From assembly GCF_032191835.1 (NCBI RefSeq), contig NC_083234.1, positions 47,802,001-47,866,000 of the forward strand: a stretch of DNA of 64,000 bases, given 5' to 3'. Positions 34,102 through 45,400 of this stretch are shown in pieces. A program made the translations under genes and the position numbers. Below the pieces are notes generated by a model, which was not told the origin of the DNA, did not search any database, and saw only the letters and a list, made by a program, of their open reading frames with translations. The stretch's first letter is position 1. The number at the start of each line of letters is the position of its first letter. Source of the DNA: Heteronotia binoei (lineage: Eukaryota).

Positions 34102-35392
34102 TAAGCCTGTCATGGCTCTTATGTGGGAACTTGCTCAAAATCCAATTGTTCTTAGATAAAAATCTCTTTTGAGTTTTATTCCATTTTTGTTCCTTTTATG
34201 CTTGAAGCATAGAAAAATGTCAACTGTATACAGGCTAATTGCCTATTAAATGTGCCTGAAATGATCAAATCCGTGGTAATTGTTGGTTCTTCACTTTTAT
34301 AACCTGTTCTTTCTTCATCTTACCCTTTCAACAGCCCCATGGGGGAGATTTGACTGAGAGATGATGACCACAGATGTGGCCACAAACATCCCATTCCAAC
34401 ACTCTTCTGTTTGACTTCTCCACACTGTACCCGAACAGCACAATTATCATGCTGTGCATCTCTGGGATATATAAATTAATTCTAAAAAACCACATGTGTA
34501 TGCTGGGCACAGCAAAGCATTTTAATCATGTTTTAAGTGTACAAACCAGTCTAAGAACATTAAGAAATGGGACCCAAACAACCTAACACCCAGCCCCCCC
34601 CCCAAAAAAAAAATTCTGTCAGGGTTTCCCAAAGTCATATTGTTCACTAGTTCAGGAATCAATCATCTTAGTTCTGGTGGGCATATATTTCTGTTCCCTC
34701 CAGTCTCGTCTCTGAAGCAAGACTCTGTAGGGAAAGATGCAATGGACATGGGAGAAGCATGAACCAACATAACACAATTATAGGTATATTACTATAGCCT
34801 GGGGCTACTTGCATATTTCCCCAGTTTTAAAGTGGGATGATAGTGCTTTGCTGTCCCAGCATAGCTTTGGGAGACAGGGAAAGCTAGGGATCAGTGTTTC
34901 ATCTAAACTGAGTTAGTGTAAGCTAGCTCACTTTTTCTAGCTTCCAGCTCACACATTTTTGCCTTAGCTCAGGAAGGATGGCCCCAGAGCATACTAATTT
35001 ATGCAGCAGCCAAATTGCTCACTCACAACTTTAATGCCAGTAGCGTAGCTCATGGAGTAGAATTTTTGCTCACAAGATTCCACAGTTTAGGGGGAGCATT
35101 GCTAGGGATCACATGAAATTCTTGGAATCCTTGCAAAACTACTGTTGTCAGGATTCTTTGGCAAGTCATGTCATCCAAAATGGATTAGTTTATTTTATGG
35201 AATGCAGTTATGTTCGATGAGTGCTAGAAATATACCATTTTTGTTTTATAGTACATCTCCCCAAAAGTTAATGGTGTATTTACAAAAAATAGTTTCACAT
35301 TTCAGATTACTGGAAGCCTTAACAGTGACAAAACTGTCAGTAAAGATATATCCCATCTTCACTATGTCTAATAGTAATCTGGCTGCCCCCCT

Positions 35393-35580
35393 ATGTAGCC
35401 CAGGCTAGCTGGATCTCATCAGATGTCGGAAGCTAAGCAGGGTCAGCCCTGGCTAGTATCTGGGTGGGAGACCTCAAAGGAATACCAGGGTTGTGGCATG
35501 GAGGGAGGCAACAGCAAAGTCCCTTGCCTTGAAAACCCTATGGGGTCACCAGAAGTCAACTGTGACTTGACAGCACACAC
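35393..35580 (+). mobile_element. 5S rRNA-derived SINE
   Basis: gatctcatcagatgtcggaagctaagcagggtcagccctggctagtatctgggtgggagacc...gaataccaggg aligns with the 5S rRNA core, followed by a non-5S tail. Confidence 0.75.
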
Positions 35581-37428
35581 ACTGGCTGCCTCCTTCTGCA
35601 AAACCAGACCACTTGCAAACAGGTTAGGAGTCTCTATGTACTTGGAGACTGTCCCAGTTATGCAGAAAAACAGAGACTTTGTAAATTAGCCAATAGAAAA
35701 AGACCTCCCTGCCAAACAAAATTCCCGATAAGGACTGAAGACACTCCAGAAGTGTAGAACATGGAGAGCTATGGAGTGTCAGTTTAAAAGGTGTGTGTGT
35801 GTGGTTGGGGGGAACCGAAGGAATTAGCTTATGTTGTGGAATTAAGGATGAATTGAGCCACAGTTGTCTGCTTAAGTTAACCCTGTGCTATTCCAACAGC
35901 TATATTAATAACTTCTAGTTGAAACTTTGGTTCTGTTTCCTAGAAGACATAGGACGCTTTGGGTGATGTGACCTTCCTGATGCAGATAATGCTATATGTG
36001 TCTTTTGCCTCATGTGACTTTGCCTTTTGGAATGTTTATATACTATCAGATTCTAAATAGACAGAGTATCAGAACCTAGCTTCCCGGGTCTCTCTTCGTT
36101 AACACTGACTCTGAGTCAACTTAGCTTAAGACTGCTTTCCTTGGTCTTCTTGACTCCAAGAAATAGAGACTTGCTGAGCTCTATCACATATGTCACTATA
36201 TGTCAGATGCTCGTCACAGAGTTGACTGGCAGTTACATTAGCGCCTATGGATGGGAAAAGGTACTTAATGTGTGAATATATCCTTGTTCCTTGTTGTTCC
36301 GGCCAACTACCATGAGTTATGGGACTTGGCAGAATAACCAAGGATATGTCCTTTATAACATTACAGAGCACTCTAGTTGAGTATTTGATTAATTCTATAT
36401 GCTACATACCTGTGTTTTATATGTTTTAATGAATTTACATTTGGGATTGCAATTAAATAAGAGGCTTTAGAACAACTGTCTCTCTTTCTTGGTACAATTG
36501 GGAAACCAGCTTCCCTTCCTCCCCAGAATGAACACAGCGGGGGTGGAAATGCATGAAAAGGTTCCTGCACCCCTAATTTCCCCAACAGCTTACTGAAGCT
36601 CTGAGAGTTTACAGAATTGTGGGAGGGGCTTGAAGTAGAATCTAAATTGTGCTCCCCTCCCATGATTCCTTGTGGGACTTCAGCTTGTCCTAATATTAAG
36701 TTGCCCAGAACCATAATTAATCAAACCGAATAAGTATTGGTTGTGGTACTTCTGTTAAATATTTGTTTCACTCATAAGAAATCATGTGAAGTTGAACTAT
36801 ATAGCTGAGGGGGAGGTGGAACCTGGATTTCTCTTTCTTCTCTGGGTAAATATTGTTTAATAAGTGTTACTTAAGTTAAACTTCAACACTGGATCTCGCT
36901 GGTCCCATAGTAAATATTGAACTATTGCCTGTTCTCATGACAGTTGGAAGTAGAAGAGGGGAACAAGACTTGCTAACCGTTACATCCAGGGTAAGGAATT
37001 ATTCACACCGCTCTTATTCACACCGACTTATCCACAATAAGGAATGGTCTGTGCTGAGTTCTTGTTGCATCGCAACCTCATAGGTTCCAATTTATTTATT
37101 TGTTTACTTGATTTATACCCCACCTTTCTTCTCAGCATTGTTCTCTTTTCTTACATTGTTATCCTCACAACAACCTTGTGAGGAAGGTAAAGCAGAGAGT
37201 GTATCACTGGCCCAAGAACACACAGCAAGGTTTCTTGGCAGAGCTTTAACCATTAAATTATGTTACCCAAATTGGTATACACATCAGGACCATAATATGC
37301 AAAGGCATCCAGCTGCTTGCATGGAACAAATACATGTATTTTGGGCGCCTACATACATGGGATCTTAGCCTGTGTATACCAAAATCCACATTCAGATCAA
37401 CACTAGGAAAATGAGGGGGTGGGGTGAC

Positions 37429-37622
37429 TAGGGCTTTTTTTGTAGAAAAAGCCCTGCAGAAACTCAATTGCATATTAGGCCACACACCCTGATGTCACCA
37501 TGATTTCACACAAAGCTTTTCGTAGAAAAAAATCCAGCAGGAACTCATTTGCATATCAGGCCGCCACACACACCCTGACACCAAGCCAGCCGGAACTGTG
37601 TTCCTGCTCAAATAAAGCCCTG
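37429..37622. mobile_element. hAT MITE (CAGGGCTTTTTT family, carries ATTTGCAT octamer)
   Basis: (c/t)agggcttttttt...aaagccctg; flanks ggggtgac/gggctgat. Family copies at 38583-38965, 54089-54267, 55589-55767 and 59780-59927. Confidence 0.7.
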
Positions 37623-37929
37623 GGGCTGATTATTAAACAAAAGGGGGTTTTATTGTATAAACCTTTCAAAACTATGTGCAAAAATTTAGAGGACTGTGCT
37701 TTAGGTTACCATCCATCTCTAACAAATAAATTGAATGTGCAAAAAGCCAAGATTCAGATTGGGGTTGTGCAGAAAGAAAAAAGCCCCAGTTTGAATATGG
37801 ACTTTGTGCACATGGCGGTTACTTGAGAGACAGATGGAGATCGGGGGTGGGGAGAGTTGTCCTCAGTTAATGCATCTTTTCTCTAGAGCAAATGCATTTA
37901 AATTCTTTCACATAAATTATAATTATAAA

Positions 37930-38098
37930 NNNNNNNNNNNNNNNNNNNNNNNNNNNNNNNNNNNNNNNNNNNNNNNNNNNNNNNNNNNNNNNNNNNNNNN
38001 NNNNNNNNNNNNNNNNNNNNNNNNNNNNNNNNNNNNNNNNNNNNNNNNNNNNNNNNNNNNNNNNNNNNNNNNNNNNNNNNNNNNNNNNNNNNNNNNNN
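37930..38098. other. Assembly gap (169 N)
   Basis: Run of N. Confidence 1.
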
Positions 38099-38397
38099 TT
38101 GACATGTGACTGTAACTTAATGCTATAATAATATGTCACTTACTGATTTTGGGAGGAAAGCTGGAGCAAGAAAAGTGTGGGGGGAAATGCCAAGTGGATG
38201 CTCCATTACCACTGTAAATGTCTTTGCATTTGCAGAAGCACTGCATGCTCCACAGAGAATCATTGCTGTGTGGAAACAGCTGAAATCTGCAAACAAAGAA
38301 TAAGACAGGAATAACCACATCCCCATCTACAGGGACTATGTTCTGTTTCCATTTTATCTTCTGAGAACTATCCACCATCAGCTTCATTTATATCTGT

Positions 38398-38923
38398 AGC
38401 AATCCATACCAAGAGGTGTTCCCTTGCTCACAGGCCATCTTTTGGAGGGGGTTGCCATGGCTGGGTGGAAAGGCCCACACAGTGCCCTTTAACACACACA
38501 CACACACACACACACCGTCATTCCCTCCTTGGTTTCACAAATTGAGAAACACAGTTATCACCACCAGTGCTTTGACTTTATTCAGGGCTTTTTTGGTAGA
38601 AAAAGCCCAGCAGGAACTCATTTGCATATTAGGCCACACCCCCAACACCAAGCCACCAGTGCTTTGACTTTAATTGAAGCAATCCATACTAAGAGGTGTT
38701 GCCTTGCTCACAGGCCATCTTTTGGAGGGGGTTGCCATGGCTGGGTGGAAAGGCCCACACAGTGCCCTTTAACACACACACCCCGTCATTCCCTCCTTGG
38801 TTTCACAAATTGAGAAACACAGTTATCACCACCAGTGCTTTGACTTTATTCAGGGCTTTTTTGGTAGAAAAAGCCCAGCAGGAACTCATTTGCATATTAG
38901 GTCACACCCCCAACACCAAGCCA
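38398..38923. repeat. Tandem duplication of an approximately 250-bp unit
   Basis: Copies 38398-38655 and 38678-38923, separated by a 22-nt junction. Confidence 0.92.
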
Positions 38924-39721
38924 GTCAGAACTGTGTTCCTGTATGTCCCTGCTCAAAAAAGGTCCTCCCTTATGGTTTTGTAAACAAGCATCCCAAATTC
39001 CTTTGATTCTCTCCCAAATCTCTTCTCCTCAAGGCCACACTCCAACAGATGATAAGGAACAGGAGTTTCTTGAGGGATAGAAAATGGCAATCCAATTCTA
39101 ATTCCAATAACCTTTAATGGCATAACAATAGCTTACAGAAAGAAATGAACATACAATTTGCCCAAAACTGAGGTGGTCAGTATAGTGCAGCCAGTTTATC
39201 AGAACTCAGGGAAATTGGGATATTGAGGAAAGTAGGGTCTGAAGCTGAGGGGACTTTTGGCTCATTATTACCTCTCCTGTCTCAAGGGTGCATGTGAGAA
39301 TCTTGGGACAAATGCAGTCCATGTGGTCCTGAACTCCTTAGGAAAGAGTCAGGGTGCAAATATGTTAAATTCCAAATGAGTAATGTGATAGATGTGAGAA
39401 AGGATTGTCATTGTTTTTGAGTTGTGCTGTTTAGGAGATCTCCTACCAAAAGGTTTTGATAAGAGTGGGTGGGGGTGACTATAATAGGAAATGGCTAAAA
39501 ATGCTGCAAAGACAGTGAAGAAGAGAAAGAAGTTATGTTCCCAGGCTGATGGGAACCCAAACTGCAGTCCTTGATCAAATAAAGAAGAGGAGAAGCAAGA
39601 GAGAGAAAAGAACAATTTCAAACCTCATTGGTAAATATGTAGCACAAACTATTTAGTTTTCTCCTGAGTGTCTCAGAGATCCAAAATGAGAAAAATAAAT
39701 ATTTTATCAAGGAGAGCGCTT

Positions 39722-39755
39722 ATTTGCATGACTCTTATGCGTAGAGGTATATAAA
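39722..39755 (+). promoter_or_regulatory. Promoter of the fourth gastrokine: octamer ATTTGCAT plus TATATAAA
   Basis: ATTTGCAT at 39722-39729, TATATAAA at 39748-39755, TTATCA (GATA) at 39704; ATG at 39827. Confidence 0.65.
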
Positions 39756-39826
39756 GGAGAAGGAGAAGAAGACATGGATAAATCCCTTCATCTTGATCTT
39801 TCATTTGTGCTTGGTCCGGTATCAAA

Positions 39827-39838
39827 ATGAAAACCCTT
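39827..39838 (+). CDS. Fourth gastrokine exon 1 (MKTL)
   Basis: caaaATGAAAACCCTT|gtaagt. Confidence 0.82.
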
Positions 39839-42381
39839 GTAAGTATATGTATAAATTTCAAACTTTAACATGAGGTAGGACATAGAAGCATAGTGCAGAG
39901 AGTTGCAAGTGGAAATGAGGCTTGAAGATCAGATGAAGTAAGGAGGTTAGGCAAGGAGCTGCTACAATGATCCTAGAGTGCTTTAATATGCATATAGTTG
40001 CATTTCATGTGCATATGTTTCATGTTCCAAGAAGAGGAACTGTAGGTGTGTCTTTCCTTCTTTTATGTCCTGTTATCTTTTTCCAGTCTGTGAGGCATAG
40101 GCCATCCAAGCAGAATGACTATATGAGCCTTGCCATTAAGTTGTTATTTTTGACCAATCATTCCCAAACTATCTACCGATCTGTAGAACATTTTTTCATC
40201 ATTGATATATCTACTGAGGAACCCCTGAGCATCAGACCTGAAGCCACATCCATTGCAAAGGGTTTGGCCAAATGTTGCAGTCAGGCCTCATTCGTTTCTC
40301 TGTCACCCTCCACTAACCAATAAAATTTCCTGGGATGCCCCTCAAACTCTCTCTCAACAGGACAATGACAAAGAAACTGGTAAGTGTGGGCATTGTTCAA
40401 GATGGGGGATCCGATTAAACTCTGAGGAGTCCCAGTGTTTCCCAGAATACAGATGCAAAATTAGGGCGGAGTACACCTATGAAGGACATATAGGTTGGGG
40501 CCAAGGCACCTCACTGTCACTGCTTCTGTCTCCTGTTGTTAAAGGTTGTTCAGTATGTCCCTAATGGAGTTTCCAGCACATGGTCACAGAACTCTTTTCA
40601 GGACCAGAGCATGTAGATTTTATTATTAGCTTATCTATGGCATGACAGCTACAATTAATCACTTGTGCATCTCTTCAGCCAACTGAATCCATCTATGCAG
40701 TGGGGTAGCTATGGAGCTGATAGTGCAGTGCTATACAGACTAGACCCTTCTCAGTCCATTGAAGTCTTAGAAGGGTGTATATCTGTTTAGCATTGCTTTG
40801 TGAATGTTCATCAAGAAAGAATAACTGCTTTCTTGAACCACCATAGCCTTTCTAGGTGTCCCCTTGAATTGTAATATTTTGTTTTATGTCCTATCTCAGA
40901 CAACTGCAAACCAGGTAATTAAAATGGAGTTATTCTAGAACTAACCAAGAGCAGGTGTCCTTTAAGTTAACTAAGGGAGACCATGTCAAGAAGTAACAAT
41001 ATGCTTCCATCATTCACCTCTCCTCCATTTTATCCTCACAACAATCCTGTGAGATAAATTAGGCTGAGTGTATATGACTGACCCAGTGCCACCCAGCAAG
41101 TTTCCACAGTAGAGATTTCAACCTGGTCTCCCAGATCCTCGTCTGACACTGAAACAACCACAAAATGAAAAATCTGTTAGCTACAGTATTCTGTTTAAAT
41201 TGTTCATCACAGTTGATTGTAGGGAAAATGGAATGTGAGGTTGGGGATCCCATCCAACTGCATAGGATTTAAGGACATGTAAAACAGACCTGAATATGAC
41301 TGTTTTGTTTTCATTCTGTCTTCAAGATTCTGGCTGTTGTACTGGTGGAGCTTCTAACAGTCTCAGCCTCAGAGAGCAATGTAAGTAGCCAAGCAAACTT
41401 TGCTCCTTTACTCAGTCCTCAGCCCTGCTTCCTCTTTGTGCATGTCTTATTTTAACAATAGAGAGGAGTCAGATGCACTCCGTGTTCTCTTGCCACAGCT
41501 GCCTGCAATAGTTAGAGATTCTTCAGAGCTTGCAGTGTGTGTTGGGATCAGACTACATTTCAGCCCCATCACTATTGCAATGAATTCATTAATTAGCCTT
41601 AGGCAAAATATTGGCTCTCAGCCCTCCATCTGAAATATGGAGTTCATAATGTTGCCATACCTTACAAGGTTCTTACAAGGCTTCTAAGATCAACGATGGG
41701 ATTCCATTTCAGTATTTAGGGAAAAGATCATAATATAAATAGAATGATTATTTTTGCATTAAATCCAGCATTTGGGCTATATGGTCTGTTCTCATTTTTC
41801 TAATGTTCTTCTCGTGGCTTGCATTTGGGAACATCCTAAGAGCAAGGCTGACCCAAGACTTGGTGCCTAAGACAGAAGTTCAACTATTGCATGACCTCAC
41901 TGAAGTGAATGAGAGAGACCAATGAGCATTGTGGTATTCTTGCTCTCATTCCCTTCAGTGAAGTTTACACTCGAAAAGCATTCTTGGGGGCTGTGTTCCA
42001 TCCATTGTTCAATCTCTAGTGAAAAGGATCTTGAGAGATGGACCAAATTATCTGACTTGATATAAATTAGTGTCATACCACAGATGTGGTCAATGGACTT
42101 GGTCTGCTGGTTTCTGCTGCCAATTCACAGTGCGCAAAGCTGCCACATGATATCGCTGGCTCACCTTGCCTTCCAAAGTATAATTTGACATGGATTTTTT
42201 GTTTTTTAGGCTATACAGCTCATAAACAAGGGAAATGACGGAGGAACTGTCTATCAGACAGTGAACATCAACAATAATATTAATGTTGCTTCCTTTAACA
42301 CCTACTTTGGAACACACTCAACCAATGCAATCGTTGACTACAATAATGTAAGTATCAAGCCAAGTTATTTGGTTAAATTGC

Positions 42382-42419
<38 letters not shown>

Positions 42420-45400
42420 GGTGGGAAAGATAATGCTGGAATCTCCCTTTAGAGATTCCAGTTTGGTGTAGTGGTTAAGTGTGTAGACTCTTATCTGGGA
42501 GAACTAGGTTTGATTCCCCACTCCTCCACTTGCACCTACTAGCATGGCCTTGGGTCAGTCATAGCTCTGGCAGAGGTTGTCCTTGAAAGGGCAGCTGCTG
42601 TGAGAGCCCTTTCCAGCCCCACCCACCTCACAGGGTGTCTGTTGTGGGGGAGGAAGGTAAAGGAGAATGTGAGCCACTCTGAGACTCTTCGGAGTGGAGG
42701 GTGGGATATAAATCCAATATCTTCTTCTTCTTCTCTGAAGCATCCATTTAATTCCTCTGAAGAGCAAGGCTGTTAGTACCAAAAGACAGTCTCTGATAGA
42801 GAGGTGGGGTTAGATCAAAACCATATTTCCTGCTAACAAAAGGCACTTCCATCGGCAGAACTTGACTTTCCTGCCTCTCTCTCATACTGTAGACCCTTGT
42901 TCTCCCTGAAATGCTGGTCCAGGGGGACAGGGGACACTCACAAATGGCATGGGGGCAAATCAGGGGTCTGCAACAGGAAGAAGGAATTTGTAGAAATTAT
43001 ACCTCTCCTTCCATTAGTGGAAAATCTAGACTAGATCCAGCCCAGCATCTCCATTCTTTTAAAGTTCATGTAACTTTATGAGGTCAGCCCTCTCAAACTA
43101 ACAGAGAAATAGAAATGATGTAGAAATAAAGTGCCCTAAAGAGGAAAGGAAATACCATCAGCAGTGCCAGCTCTAGGTTTCTGGGGCAAAACTCTTACAA
43201 TATGAGCTTGTACCCTGCCCATACAGTGTGCCTATTCCTCATAGCATCAGTTGAGGACAAACAAGAGAGTGTTGCTCCGCCTACTTAGCTCACTGCTACC
43301 AGCCACCATCCCAGAATGGAACAAATATATGCTGTGCAGCAGCAAAGAGCACCTGTAGATGCAGAGGGCTCCAGATGATGGACCTATGCTGGGATATTTA
43401 TGGGTTCCCAAATGTGCCACACACTGACACTACAAATAGATCAAAAGGCAGTAATACTCCAGATGTAATGTCCTGCCCAGATATTTACAGTTACTTATTT
43501 ATATATCCCCATCAGGGTAAATGTTTTATAGAATAGCATAAGCAAACGGCAAAGCTCCTTGCCCCAAGGAGCTTACAGTCTAGGAACATGATCCAGCCCT
43601 TCCGCTCCATGTGCTGACGTGGGCCTTTTAAATTTTCTGTTTAGCTATGAGCATAACAGGATGAGGAAAAGTAATATAGGAAAAGAGTTGTTGTTTTAAT
43701 GTCTGGTGTAATTTTAGGTTGTTTTATTGTTGTTTATTGTATGTGTTGTAATAAATACTATACAAATTAAGTCAGTCAGTAAATAAACGAGGGGAAGAGG
43801 AAGAAGAGCTGGATTGAACCGTAAGTTTTGTGTGTGATGGCGACAATGGAAGGATAGGAGACAGGGGTAAATGAAAGCAAATGCAGAATCAAGCTTTTCT
43901 TCAGTTTGGGGTAAGGATTTAGAAAGAGTATACTTCCTGACTTTCTATGTAAAGCACTAGCATTGTCTGAAAGCTTTATTTAATAAAATTATCAATGAAG
44001 AATTTAAACTTGGAGATTTTTCCCGTCCAGAAGTTAGCAACATTTGGGAGAATCTACAGCACAGAACAGAACTGAATGGTGACAAACTTGTTTCTAACAT
44101 TTGCCCTTATGTTTTGCAGGGGTTGATTGTTTACCAGATGCCTTACAGGCGGCTCTGTATTGTGTCCCGGATGAATCGAAGCACCTTTCCAAGCATATCA
44201 GAGCTTCAGAACCTAATCCATGAGGTACTCAGTGAAGATACAGAATCAGGGCTGGCCCAAGACATGTGGGTGCCTGAGGAAGAAAAACAGCGCCCCTTGA
44301 CCACTAATTCCCCTGGAGTACAATCCAGCGGAGAGGCCTCCTGTATAAGATTCGTTGAGAGTTATTAGGATTATTCAAGAGACCTGTACATCTTCCCAAC
44401 ACTAGATGCCCTGGAGGAACTAGAACTGAAACTTTCTGTGCCTAGATAATATAGATAAGACCCAGAATAACAGTTAACTCAAAATTTGACTGGAATTTTG
44501 AGGCAAATATGGAGGGATTTTGCTTAGCTGAATGTCCACCTATCTATCACATTTGTATCTCACCCATAAAATGTTAAGAGAAGCAAAAGGAATTTCAGTA
44601 TGACATGAAATTTCTCGGGTGTGTTTGTGTTGCTCTAGGGCAACAATACTGTGGGGGAGTTGCCTCACTGCCCTGCCTATACCAGCCACCTGAAGGGAAG
44701 AAATGCCAGAAACCAACAAGAGTAGGTGGAAGATGGCTCTTGCAAACTGGTTGTTTAATCGCCATTGAAACCATCAACAGTTTGTCTGAAGCATAGTTAA
44801 TGATGCAAAGTGACTTGTTTTCTATTTCTAATTTTTTTTCTGCCACAAAGGAGAATCCAGCACTGCACCCCCTCAACAGAAACTATGGTATCTCTCGCAA
44901 GATAGTCAGAAATCTGTATCAGCTTGGAATGCCTGCCCAAGCAATGTGTGGAGGTTTCACTACCTACTGGGCCACAGAATTCCAACGTGAGTTTTTTCAA
45001 AATTCACCGTGTTCCTAAGAGCAGGGGTAGGATCACACCTATTCATTGATTCCACAGCAGGGGACTTGTAGGGTTGCCAGGTCTGTGTTGGGAAATACCT
45101 TGAGACTTTGGGGGTGGGTCCAGGAGAGGGTGGGGTCTGGGGAGGGGCCTCATCATGGTACAATGCCATAAAGTCCACCCTTCAAAGCAGGGTGAACTGA
45201 TCTCCGTCAGCTGGAGAGCAGTTGTATATAGGGTTGCCATGTCAAGAAATATCTGGGGACTTTGGGGGTGGAGCCAAGAGATTTGGGAGTAGAGCCGGGA
45301 GCAAGGGTGTGATAAGCAGGGGTCATTTTGTAGAAAAATAGGTGGTGGAGCTCATCCAGGGATTGTTAAGCAGCTGCACCTCCTATTCAATGGACAAGAT

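Noticed and set aside
35393-35497. 5S rRNA gene
   Set aside because: Diverged, lacks proper 5S termini, is fused to a SINE tail and is dispersed in several copies.
44225-44368. ORF 44114-44368 extends exon 4 of the fourth gene by 47 codons
   Set aside because: The extension has no gastrokine similarity, includes a MITE-like cagggctggcccaagac start, and ends in a stop. Splicing at GAG|gtactc joins exon 5 in frame.
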